Source: Oopsacas minuta (taxonomy: Eukaryota > Animalia > Porifera). From it: 64,000 nt of DNA. Below, in pieces: positions 1 through 12,482 of the stretch (positions are counted from its first letter, which is position 1; the number at the start of each line of letters is the position of its first letter). The translations under genes and the position numbers were made by a program. Where the stretch lies: NCBI GenBank assembly GCA_024704765.1, contig JAKMXF010000077.1:152850-216849 (forward strand). The letters are read 5' to 3'. The notes beneath the pieces were generated by a model, which was given only the letters and a program-made list of their open reading frames with translations, did not search any database and was not told where the DNA came from.

Positions 1-3000
1 AAATGTCTACAAATGTACGACTCACAAACCTATCTCTCGCTCATCCATTAAACTGTTCCCTATGATCATAAGAACTATTTCTGACATTGTAAGCTGTTAT
101 TTTTATGTAGATACTATTGGTAGAGACAATTACACGCACAAAATGAAGTTGATTTCGCTACAACTTGACAAATTATCCATTATTCGCAATTTCTTATCTA
201 CTTCAATTAATCGTAAAATTTAATATTCCATATTAATGTATTAGAACATTATTTAACTCTGTTAAATGCGATGTCTTCAAGCAAACACCAAAATTGACAT
301 CAATAGTTTGTCGGCCTTAGAGACTTGAAAGACAGAAAGAAAATTGGGCCCTTATAATATTTCATGAATCAGTTTCATTAAGTACATTAGCTTACTATAT
401 TGAAAAGATGATGTAGGCAATGACCATACTGTCAAGATTTTGTAATGAATTTCGGATATGTGCAAAATTTTAAATTTGAACTAAGCGTGGAAAAGATACA
501 TTTACATGATGAATTGGGTGCAGCTCTCTATCTCAATGATACTCGAAAATTTTGTTAACATAAAGTGGTATCTTGGTTAGATTGTGGAGATATCCTCCAA
601 TGACGAAGAGAAAATTAAATTTCACACTTATTTGCAATGCACTACCTCTACTCCTTGAAATAACTTGGAATAATTACAGCATTAATACCTGTTGACATGA
701 AAGATCCAGAACAATCCTTTAGAACATTTTTTGTCATATTGCCAAATATTAAGTCCTAAAGCCGATTAGAGCTTTCAATATTCCCAAATTGTTTCATATT
801 AAGACCCATTCTTTTGAACTGTAGAGAAAATATCACCCATGGAATATAGAAAATATATTCAGACTCAATTAATCAAAATCGAAATTGTAATGAATTGATT
901 TAGAATATTAATATATCAGTCAGTTATAACTCCCAAATACTCCTAAATTCTTATTATCTCAAGTTAAGTCCCTTATACTTGTAAAGAGATATGCAGTACT
1001 GTATTTATACCTCAAAAACTCAAATGGAGATCAAATATGCACTGCTTTTAACAATTCTATTGTTCTGAAATGTAAAAGATGCATTTGTTAAACAACAGGT
1101 ACTGCTAGTACTGTAAATAATAGGGATTCATTGAGTATGGAAATTTAACTGTAGCTTATTATATGCAGATTATATTCATGAAAAAATAATTACCAAATTA
1201 TCCATGGATAATTTAAAAGATATTTATTTCCCGAATTCACAACCTTTGAATAATTGTAGAGGATAATTAGAAAGAACAAAAGGGGGTAATTCAATGCGTT
1301 GATTCTGAATTTCACGCTCTTGAATTTGTACCGATCAAATGTTCTCCAATATTCCCTTCTGTTAATATTATTTAGCCAACTGATAATTATTGCAAACAAA
1401 TTGAACATTATATGAGCAGGTTAAAAATAACAAATAGCAAATAAATTATTTGATGGATTTGAATTCCTCTCTCCGCTCGAAAAATAAAAAATTACAATAT
1501 GTGCCGGCAGCTTAATCTATTATTTAAATGTTTAAAAATTCCATCATAAATTGGAAGCACTGTGTATTGGGATTAAACATAACATTTCATAATGCCATGC
1601 ATATAAACATTAAATTATTAGAATTAGCTGTCGGAACAGGTTACAATAGCATATTTGTTAACAACTGGGATAGTCATAGAAATGAATGACGACATGGGCG
1701 ATCAGTTTAGAATGATAGAATTATTAGATTTAATAGATCACTCAACTATCCATCAAACCCTGTAATCGAAAGTGCAAAACAGTATATATATGTTCTTATT
1801 AAAATTGATTCCAAAATTGATACAACGATTCACTTGCATATAGCTTGTTATTCATTAGAAATTTGTTGTGTAGCCTCAAGAAGTATGATATGGAATCTAG
1901 TATATTTATCACAATTGAGTCAGATATTGGCAGTTTTCGTGCAACCTAGCGTCAGAATTATAACAGTTCATGAGTGTCAGATTTCAGCAGTTCAAGTGCG
2001 TTAGAGTATAGGAGAAAAATGATCGAGAATGTATACATCTTATGTGTATCATTCAAAATAGCAACACAAGATTGTCTAAACTGTCCAGATTGAGTAGCGA
2101 GTAATTTAGAATATGCAACAACTTTTCAAATTTATCAGTGTATATTTCAAAGTGCACTGTGTAATAGCACTGTAAGTGATATAATCTTTATTTCTATCAA
2201 GCTTAAATGAGAATACAGAAGAATAAATAACATAGTTGGGATAATTATTTGCTTGGTCTTTGGTAATAAGTACAATAACCTCTAATTATTCTACTAAAAT
2301 CTTCAATATTTGGGGATACAAGTGAATCCATGGTCCAAAAAGAATAGTGATTGCCATTGCCTTAGTATATTAGAATGCTATGATCTAGATTACACCTTTG
2401 AAAATTCTGAAAAATTGTGAACATTGAATATAACACATTCTTCACAAAGTCGTAAAATAATGAGATAATTTTTCGAAATATATAGCGATGTCAAATAATA
2501 ATGCAAGAATAGTTTGTGAAATTTAAAGATTTTGCAACATTGTGAGTTGAATTCCATAAATTGGTGAAGTGCAGATTTCAGATTCGGAATGAGAATAGTC
2601 GATAGAACATAATGTGGGGATGAGGCGCTCAAACATCACATAAAGTTACACAAGAGAGGGGGCAGGGTAAATTGTACCATTGGTAAACTTTTTGCATTAC
2701 AAAAAGGTCAAAAAGGGTCAAAAAAGGGTCAATTAAGTGAGTAGTTTGAACAGTCACATAACACATAAACGCATGTAGTGTCCAAGAAGCAAAACTTTTC
2801 CAGATTGTGTCATACAAATTGTGAACAGATCAAATAATTCTGAGTACATATTTGACTACTACTGGTCCCTATTACCACAGTTTTAATATTTCCAAAGTTT
2901 TAAAGTAATAATGTTGATGTACTAATAGTAGACTTGTTTGTCAAAGCATTTTCAAATGATTTGGTTTGATCTGATTTGAATTCATACTTATAGATGGAAT

Positions 3001-3966
3001 AATTATTGTATTTGACAAGATGAGTATTTGAAAAGATTTGATGGGATCGGTAGGGATAGGATGGCCTGCACGCTTATTAGACAAACTGGACATCCGCAGT
3101 TGGTGGATAAACGACCCATACCATAGATTGCAGTAGGAAATTAATTCGGGCCATTGGGTATCCGGGCACCAAGGGTGGAGCTAGACATGTACATGATGGG
3201 ATTTGAATGATATTTTGAAAGGATAGGTTTGGAAATGATTGTTTTGATGTGATTTGATTTGTTTGACGTGAAAAAGATTTATTATAATTTTTAACTAGAA
3301 ACATATATCTAATCCTGAGCCCTGGTTATTAGCATAGTAATATTTTGCCACAAATGAGAAAAGGAGCACATCACTGGACTCTTGAAAACTACACAAGGAT
3401 CCAACCCAAACCCATGGCCCATCCATGGTATTAAACCGATCACGGAAGAAGTTTTACGTTCGTAACGAAGAGAATCCGTCAATTTTAACACTTCGTTTAA
3501 CCACTTCTTGTAGCCAAATTGAGATTTCAACACCTTTTGAAGTCATAAAATGACGCAATTTCAAGCATCATTCGGTTAATTGTTGATTCCTTAAGTTACC
3601 TAAATTTGATAGCAATGCAAATAAGCTCTGTTAAGAGAAATTGCAGATTTAAGATTAAACACAGGTATTATTGATAATGTAAATTTTATACAAGCTATAT
3701 AATCAAAATTTACTCAAGTCTATTTTAATATAAAATACAGAAACTTGATGATGATAATATTGTCACATTAGTGAGTTAAATTAGATATCCTTGATGGCAC
3801 TAATTGTATAATCCATTTACAAATCGATAGTTGGTAGAGGGATAATAAAATAAGTCCTGCCAATAAGTGCTAAACTCCCAACTCCCCATACCATTGTGAT
3901 AAAACTTGGTACGATTTCTATAACCGATGGAGCACAATCGTGAATATTCGCATCAAAGGGTCATTA

Positions 3967-5312
3967 CAGGGTGTAACAAATGTATTGTCGTTATTTACTG
4001 ATAATGTTGCTTGACATTACATAGTATTATACAACCTTAATCATTGATTCCTTTACTCAAGAGTATTGATACATGTTATTGTCAAAGTATATAGCAGTCA
4101 ATTTTTATTGTATTCAACTTTTCGATTTTTTCTTGGGATTTTCAAAAACTTCTCAATTCTATAAGAGATGAATGTCCAAGATTATGGATCTTCTTTAAGA
4201 TCTCAGGCAATAGGGATGCTAAAAGCTGGAGAAAGAACTAAAACTGTTGCTCAAAGACTCAACGTCAATATTCGATCTGTTCAAAGGTGGGGACGCAGCG
4301 ATAATCTTGGATTTTCGATGGAATCAAAGCCCAAGTCTGGATGTCCACCGAAAATTAACCGAGTTGCCAAAATTGTGTTAAAGAAATCTCTAGGAAAGAG
4401 AAGGCAATGAACGCGTAAGCTCGCTTTGAGGTTAACGAGGGGTGATTGTAATGTTTCCCACATGTCTGTCCATCGGTATTTACGTAAGTCTTTGGGAGTG
4501 AAACCTTATAAAAGACCGAGAAAGTTTCGTTTGACCTTAAAAAAGAAGGAAAATCGGATGAAATTTGCGGTAACTTATAAGGATTGGACAGTTGGTGATT
4601 GGAATAGAATTTTATGGTCTGATGAATTTCCCTTTCAATTATTTCAAATACCAAACAGACAGAATAACCGTGTTTGGAGCAAGGATGCGGCTTCAATCCA
4701 ACCTTGTATGAAGGTAAAATTTCCAGCCAAAATCCCGATGTGGGGCATGATGTCCCACCAAGCCCTATCTGAGCTGCATATCATACCTCAAAGAGAAACT
4801 GTAAATGGAGATTACTACCGTACAAAGATTCTAGCTGGAACATGCAAAGATGCCATTCACAGGAGAGCCAAAAATGGGTCAGTTTTAGAGCGGTCTATGA
4901 CCTCAGAGATGTCTGGGATTATTTTCATGCAAGACGGGGCACCTGCTCACACGGCTAAACTGACACAGGAATGGTATGAACATAATCTTCCTGCGTTTGG
5001 GCATAAAGCTGAGTGGCCCGGAAACTCGCCCCATCTAAATCCAATCGACAATTTGTGGGCTATCATGAAAGATAAGGTAGATGAGCTGGAGCAAGCAATT
5101 ACCGTTAACGGACTTATAAAAAATTTGAAAAAGGCATGGAGTAATATATCGGGTGATGTTTTGCAAAAAATTGTATCTAGTATGCCTATGCGAGTCACAC
5201 AAGTTTTAGAAAGGCAAGGAGACTATATAGAGAAATAAAACGGTAATATTTGTGCTATTTTGAGATTAGTTATATTCAGTTTAGAAAACGACAATACATT
5301 TGTTACACCCTG
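3967..5312 (+). mobile_element. Tc1-like transposon, near full length (DD37 spacing)
   Basis: Perfect 26-bp TIRs CAGGGTGTAACAAATGTATTGTCGTT (3967-3992; reverse complement 5287-5312), TA on both flanks, internal transposase. Confidence 0.95.
4168..5238 (+). pseudogene. Tc1-like transposase with one in-frame stop (TGA 4408-4410)
   Basis: ORFs 4168-4410 and 4426-5238 share one frame. N-terminal HTH region, WSDE, and FMQDGAPAH...WPGNSPHLNPIDNLW with 37 residues between the last two acidic positions. Confidence 0.9.
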
Positions 5313-5655
5313 TATATGCCGCATATTCACTAAGCACCAAGTTCGAACTTAAGTCCTATTCACTAAGAATTATGTACAAACCTGTTACAATAACGGGTGA
5401 TAAAACATGTACTATCGACACGGATCGTTTGAATAAATGAAAGTATCTTGAATTAGAATCACTCTCACAGATCAGATCCACAGGGTTGGAAATTTTCACG
5501 TAATGAATGAGTATACAATAAATCTTAGAAGCTCACGTAGAATGGGAATTTGACACCAAATGGATTTTGAGTGATAATCTTATACCGTATTGGGTGAAGA
5601 ATAGACCCACTATTGTATCACGTGGATAGAAACTTTGGATATGGATGAATAAGTA

Positions 5656-8260
5656 CGAGCGTTGTTGAATAAATAATGAGACTTGTTTTCATAAGTCATA
5701 TAGTAAACATATACCTATCATACCGAGTGTTCAATAAGTTCGAGTAAAGTATGCTTACAGTACAGATAGATATAAAAATACTATTTCAAATGTTCGAAAT
5801 ACTCCCCATTAGCATCAATACACCTTTGACACCGTTCCAACCACATGTTAAATAGTCTTGAGTAGCGACTTTCTGGTATGAGGTCAATCGCATCCAAAAA
5901 TGCGGCGCTCAGCTCAGTTTCCGAATCAAAACGTCTACCTTTTAGATGGCGTTTTATAGTAGGAACAACCAGAAGTCACAGGGGGCTAGATCTGGGCTAT
6001 AGGGTGGATGCTCGATCAATTCTAGCCCCGATTGTTTGATATAGTATTTAGTTCTTCGTGCAGTGTGAGCTGGAGCATTGTCATGGTGGAAATTCATTCC
6101 GCGAAGACCAGTCTTTGGACGCAACCTCTCGACAGCTTGGAACACTTACGGAAGACAATTTCAGTGTACCAAGTTGCAGTAACAGTGTGCTTCTCAGGAA
6201 GCATCACATATTCTATTATCCCTCTTGTAGAGAAGAAAACAGCAAACATTCGCTTGTCGACCGCCCTGGGTTGCTTAGGAATTGAGTCCGGTTGCTCGTC
6301 TTCAAAGATCCATTTTGAGCTCTGCTGCTTTGATTGAATGTCGTAATAATAGATCCATGTCTCGTCACCAGTTATGACTTCTGACCAGCGTCGCGAATCT
6401 TTTTGGAATACTTTAGCAGCATAAATCGACAAAATCTAGTCGACGATTTTTTTGCTCAAAATTTAATAAATGGGGGACCAACTTAGAACAAAACCTCTTT
6501 AGCCCGAGGTGTTGGTGTAAGATGGTTTCTATTGTCTCCGATGAGACCGAAACCTCGAAGGCTATCTGTCTGACAGTGATTTGCCAATCCTCAGTTACTA
6601 GCTCCGATACTTTGTCGATATTCTCCTCGGTGACCGCCGTAATTGGACGTCCTGGACGTGACTCATCGTCAAGGGATGTGTGACCTAAACGGGATTGACG
6701 ATACCACTTATAGATGCTGGATTGGGTTGGATTTTGATCCCTAAAGATAGAAAACATCTCACAACAGCAATCAGCAACGTTTAATCCACGTTTGAAATTG
6801 TAGAAAATGATGGCACGGAAATCTCTCTTATTCAAATTTTCCATAATATTAAAATATTGAAAGTGAAGATATAAAATTGGCTACAAAAAGTCGAGTATAG
6901 TACTTATAATCCTGAAATTTGGTTAGGAAGTATGGATTCACTAGGTATGTATGTGGTTACGTTAAATTAGCTCTACTATAAGTGCTTTGTATAGTTTACT
7001 CGAACTTATTGAAGACTCGGCAATTGATTATAAAATGTTTCGAAAAATTCCCACTTTAACTTTAACCACCTCCATCGTTCTGGTAACTTTCCAGCCCAGC
7101 GGTATAGAATTCTGTAGGGGTCCCTTTTCCCACTGTTATATTTCGTACTCCAGTAGTTTGAAATTCTCAAATCTCTTCGCTCGAAGAAGTCTCTTCATCT
7201 ATCCAAACAGCCAGTAGTCACTGGGAACCAAGTCTGGACTATACGGGGGGATTAGGGAGGTATTCGAATCCTAAGTCGTCAATTGCAGCCATTGTCTTGG
7301 AGCTTACTTGGAGCCTTGCGTTGTCATGTTGCAGCAATAAGCTACAGTCAACTTGCCTTGCCTCTCACGCTTAATCACTTGACGCAATTCTTTCAATTCG
7401 TCAACGTAATAATCACTGTTTATGGTTGTTTCCTCAGGCAACCAGTCGAAGTGAATATTTCCTCCCCTATCACAAAATACTGTTGCCATTCTCTTCCCTG
7501 CTGATTTTGCGGCCTCTACCTTGATGGATACAGGTTTAGCACGTTTCTTCCACTGCTTCGATTGAGTTTTGCTCTCTGGTTCATAATGATGAAGCAAGTT
7601 CCATCCCCCGTTACTATACGATCCAAAAGTCTTCCTCTGCCTTGTATCTTAGAAGTAATTCTTTGCTAACTCTGACCCTTTCGCGTTTTTGTTCTTTTGA
7701 AAGAAGTTTTGGGACTCAACGCGCAGTTACCTTCGACATTTCCAGATCTTTAGTGACAATCGAGTGTATTGTGGCTTTTGATATACCTACCCTCTCTTCT
7801 AACTCTCGTAGGGTTATTCGTCTGTCCTCGTCCAAAATTGTTTGGACCCTCTCGATATTACTGTGGGTTTTGAGGAAGTCCGACGACCTGGAACAGTGTC
7901 ATCGTGGAGTTCCTCATCGCCATTATCAAAACGTTCGATCCATCTATATATGGTGGCGTTCGAAGGACATTCATCACCGAAAATATCCTGCATTTCACGA
8001 AGAATGTATGAGCCCGTCTTACCCTTTTTCCACATGTACCAAATTATTTGTCGTTTTCCTTCTTTGCTAGAATCCATTAGTTGAAAACAATAGCCTATAC
8101 AAATGAAATTATACTGAAGAATATGCTAGTAGAGTAAAGAGTGTATTGTATCGAAGTTAGACAATCAAGTTAGGCTTGCAATCTGATATTAGGCTTAGAG
8201 CTGTACTAACTAGAATATGAATCCGATACATTAGTCACATTCCTTATTGAACAACCCTTG
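5656..8260 (-). mobile_element. Mariner element (outer), interrupted by a second mariner
   Basis: Right TIR (reverse complement CAAGGGTTGTTCAATAAGGAATGTGACT, ends 8260, then TA) matches left CGAGCGTTGTTGAATAAATAATGAGACT at 5656 (22/28, preceded by TA). Broken transposase 8077 to ~7030 (MDSSKEGKRQIIWY..., HYEPESK, PPYSPDLVPSDYWLF). About 1.3 kb once the insert is removed. Confidence 0.75.
5723..7020 (-). mobile_element. Mariner DD34D element (inner), frameshifted transposase
   Basis: 26-bp TIRs CCGAGTGTTCAATAAGTTCGAGTAAA with 1 mismatch; TA left, CA right. ORF pieces 6844-6413, 6432-6094 and 6145-5954 carry VITGDETW and HDNAPAH...HPPYSPDLAPCDFWLF (34-residue spacing). Confidence 0.92.
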
Positions 8261-8359
8261 TATGTCTGTTGAGATAAAGTCTCTAAGTATATATCGATAT
8301 TTCAACTGTTTGTTGACAATATAATCATAAAAAAACAACTAATTAATTCTCAAAATGAT

Positions 8360-8500
8360 TAGTTAGAAAGGGGTAAAATCGGATTCATCCTATTCAACTA
8401 CCCCAAAGTAATTGTTTAGATTTCCAATATCCTCAACACAAACAAACAAACGACAAACACCTACACAATAATTGAGTTATAATATTGTAATCCAAAATGT
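8360..8500 (+). repeat. Short Helentron/HINE-like non-autonomous fragment
   Basis: (ACAA)n microsatellite followed by ...ATAATTGAGTTATAATATTG, resembling the 3' ends of the units at 61.4-62.1 kb. Confidence 0.3.
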
Positions 8501-8899
8501 AATTCAACCTCAATAATGCAAATACCTTTTCTTAATATTTCTTAATTTGTTTTTCCTCAGCACCAGCCCTAACGCAGCCACTGCATTAACCGACTACAAA
8601 TTATTTGAGGCACTGTGTACCACATGGAAGTCCTAATCAAAAACGTTGACCAAATAGTAAGTGTTACATTTATATATTATTAGATTTTCAGACAAAAATC
8701 AGTTTCCTGAAATGAAATGTGTAGAAGAAATGTTCATTTATAATGTCATAGAAATAACAACTTCAATGTTGATGACATAACCGCAAAATAGCTATATCTT
8801 GGGTATTTATTCGCTTTCCATGGAAATGGATTCGTGTTATGTAATATAACGTGACCCACGTAATATAGGGCCTTGCGTTAGGTTCAGAAAATGGACCAG

Positions 8900-10170
8900 T
8901 TATGACTTTTTGCTCGATCAGGCAATATATTCGAAGGATACAGAAACTGGCAAAAAGATGTGTCTAGCAAGCAAGATTTAGTAATATATTTCATTCATCA
9001 TGAAATATAGTACAGTGTACATATCGGAGAATTCATTTCAAAATCAATATTCCGGAATGAAATAATGTATAAGATTGTTAATAGACTACTCTATAATACA
9101 GATAGGGAACCAGCCGAGGAATAAATCAAAAGAGAGGCCAGTTTTTACTTTTCGCCTGAAGTCAAACTTCCGTTTGGAAACTACAACTTTTCACCTACGT
9201 AATATGAGGTAATCGGGTATGGTGCATCATTTGCTTCGAATTTCCGAAAAGTAAGTCAATAGATTCAGTTAGTAGAGTGCACAAAATCCAGAGTTAGTTT
9301 TTGGGTTTTATCAGTTAGAGACACTGTCAGTTCACTAAGGCAACATCACGTTTAAGAAGGATTTGATAGGTTATTATCTTTTCAGGTCGTAGTGTCTCGG
9401 CCAAACTCACGAGATAACGACCGCCACTCATGTGTCGATATTGGGAGAATCGCATTACAATGGATCGGTTTGTAATCAGCCGGTTGAACATAATGAAAGC
9501 TATCCCTGATTAAGTCATCTGATAGGTCAGCAATAGCGACATTTGTGTTTAATAAAGCTTCAATGGTTTGTTTACAAGAGGCCAATTTTCTTAGAATGCT
9601 TCCAAGTAATTAACCAATAATTCATTTCCAAGAAAAAGATACATCTATCTATCAGTGTATATTATGAAATATCATTTGCAAAGTGTTGAGGATGATAATG
9701 TTCTTTTGACTCTACAAGCACTAACTACGTATTTATTTTGAGCTCTAATAATGCTGTAGGTACAATATCTTTGTCCTTAAGATATTCGCGCATTGCAGCT
9801 GAAGTTGTATTTTCAAAAATAGCTAGAGCAAGTGGACAGATTGTTTGTTAAAAAAGTCGCACAGTAGGTTTTTTACGAATACTGGGAGAAATACAGCCTG
9901 TTGCTTTTGGGAATAGAAGAATGATATATTGTTGGGATGATGTAAATTTTCATATTAAGTCTTGTCTATATTGGATGGCGGATAATATACATTTCTTCAA
10001 AATGTTATATGCATAGTCTTGAAAACTGAGTAACTGTACAACTTTTCGGATGCAAAAACTTGGCCCATTTCTGTCGAAATTCATCCTGCTTAGGAAAGGT
10101 AAACATAGCCGTACTTGGTCCATCAATATGACCTGTACGAAGGCCTACCACTGAGCATTTTTGATGGCAT
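8900..10170 (-). pseudogene. THAP-domain P-element-like transposase, internally deleted and decayed
   Basis: Manual translation gives MPSK-CSVVG..FTFPKQDEFRQKW..RLCI*HF..RL..IPTI (THAP, 10170 to ~9950). From ~9850 it jumps to C-terminal motifs KQSV-LALAIF, DR..FFL..YWL.TW, and LQTDPL*-RFSQYRHMSGGRYLVSL (9455-9472). Left boundary approximate. Confidence 0.8.
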
Positions 10171-10923
10171 AGAGAATGTATGAGAATAAAGAATAATCTA
10201 GGTAACAAGGAAATACATGAAAGTTGTAATAAATCTCGAGAGAAATGTATTAGATATTTCTGAAATAGTTGGTGATAAATATAAGTAAAGTAAGATAAAT
10301 ATAGAAAGCTACGCATGGACATATAATAGAAAGGGTCGAAGAGGTAAGAAAGAAGAAAGAAAAGTGAATATATCAAATAAAATTGGGTGATTGATTCTTG
10401 TAAATAACATATTGTCTGCACATGTGGTTTGATTTCAAAATTTTGCTTAAATTTTGAATAGTTACCAGTGTCTAACGGAAGTCCGACAAATGTTCCAGCG
10501 ACAAAACGTTCCACGACATTTCGCTCCACTTTTGACTGGTCAATGTTTGTTAATAATTTAACAGCTTTTGAATGGCTAAATAATATTGCAAATATAATCA
10601 ATTAATTTGGGATGAATGATTTCAGAAGAATCTAATATTACAGTTTTGATATCGCAAACCTAAACATAGAATTTCTGTGTTAACAAAGTGAGGTAAGATG
10701 ATTTATAGTAAAGGTAACGAATTTATATCAGGAATACATACGTAGTAATTAATTCCATTGATGGAGAAGATGCGAAATTAATTTGTATGTTTGCCAGAAA
10801 ACATGGAAAGTCACCTGTGTAGTTCTATTTAATTGTTGTAACTGTATTATTTTACAGCTTGCATTATCAGCTAAATATTATTTCCTACATTTTATATTCT
10901 TTTAACAACTCGTCATTTTATCA

Positions 10924-12348
10924 ATGGACCCTGATCAGCCCTCCTTCCGGGTGATCAGTACAAACAAAGGAGGAGAAAGGCTATTAGAAGGAGGATGCGT
11001 ATACTTGAGGCACAGGAGAGTTGGAGAAATGACACATTGGCAGTGTGAGCAGAGAGGAGAGTATAAAGCAAGGATTCATACGAAGGGAATGGAGATAGTG
11101 AAGCGTACAAATGAGCATCTGCATGCACCTGATGTGCAGGCTACGGCCTGCTGTGAGATAAGGCCGGCATCAAGAGCAAAGCACGGGACACACAGAATAG
11201 CTTGCATCACATAATCGGTGAGGGTATGCTAACAGCATCAGAGGGTACTGCTGCTAAACTACCTGAGCTGGACAGCCTGAAGCGGACGATACAGCGTCAG
11301 CGTGCAAGTGTATTATCAGCTCTAGTGCAGCCTACCGCCCTAGCAGAGTTGGTTCTACCTGCAGAATACCAGCGAACAGCCAAGGGGGAACAGTTCCTAC
11401 TCTATGACTCTGGGGAAGACTATCCACATAGATTCCTCAACTTCGGGACACAACGCAACCTCGGGATGCTACAGCAAAGCAAGATCTGGCTAGCTGATGG
11501 CACCTTCAAGACGACGCCCCCATCTTCGCCCAGGTGTATATGGTGCATGGATTCCGAGGAGGAGACGATCCTATGAAGACTGGTCATCTGTTGCCGAGTC
11601 TGTTTGTGCTGCTGCTCAATAAGACAGAGGATACCTACCGTAGGATGTGGGAGCAGATCCGCCTACTCTGTCCTCTTGCCCAGCCTGAACAGATGCTTCT
11701 GGACTTTGAGAAGGGCGCAATTAACAACTTTGAGCATGTCTGACCTAACACAGTGGTGAAGTGCTGCTTCTTCCACCTCACACAGAATATCTGGCGCCAT
11801 GTGCAGTCTGGCTACACACATGACGAAGAGCTGCCCATGCGCATCCGGAAGATACCAGCCCTTGCATTCGCCCGATCAGCAGACGTACTCGATCTGTTTG
11901 AGCAAGTGTCAATGGATCTCCCCTTTCGTCTGAGATAGGCGAGCTAGTCGACTACTTTGAGAGGACTTATATCGGTCGCACGCTAGCCACTGGATACCAT
12001 GTAGCGGCGACGATCCCCATTGGCCTGTGGAACTACCACTTCAGTACGTCCTTCGGACTCCCCCGTACAACCAACGCCGTAGAGGCATGGCACCGCAGCT
12101 TCAATGCCACTGTCGGCTGCCATCACCCCACCATATGGAAGTTCCTCCTAGCCCTCAAGCGTGAGCAGGGCCTAGTGGAGGTGCGGCAGACTAACTACCT
12201 TGCTGGGAAGGAACCAACCAAGCGGAGGAGGTCCCAACAGAGTGAACAAGCGTTGTGGGCTCTAGTTGGAGAGTATTATTCACCAAATCGTACTAAGATG
12301 GAGTTCTTGCATGGTGTAGCACATCATTTCGGTCTGAGTGCGGATTAA
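10924..12348 (+). pseudogene. FLYWCH + MULE transposase with frameshifts and stops
   Basis: FLYWCH-like GCVYLRHRRVGEMTHWQCEQRGEYKARIHT; MULE motifs WLADGTFKT, DFEKGAIN, CFFHLTQNIWR, PALAF, TTNAVEAWH; ends EFLHGVAHHFGLSAD* at 12348. Confidence 0.9.
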
Positions 12349-12482
12349 CATGTTAATCTAAAGTATTATCTCAAAATCAAATTTATTTGAGGGATAGATA
12401 ATAAAGAAGATTAACATTCGTTCTTTGGCAGAGATGGTGTCTACACTTGTATGGAACTTCGTCTTAGTATGGTCTAGTGGAT

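Noticed and set aside
10005-10601. 198-aa ORF as a real gene
   Set aside because: Chimeric frame running from the MULE end (antisense) into AT-rich sequence; only the last ~50 residues (THAP) are meaningful.
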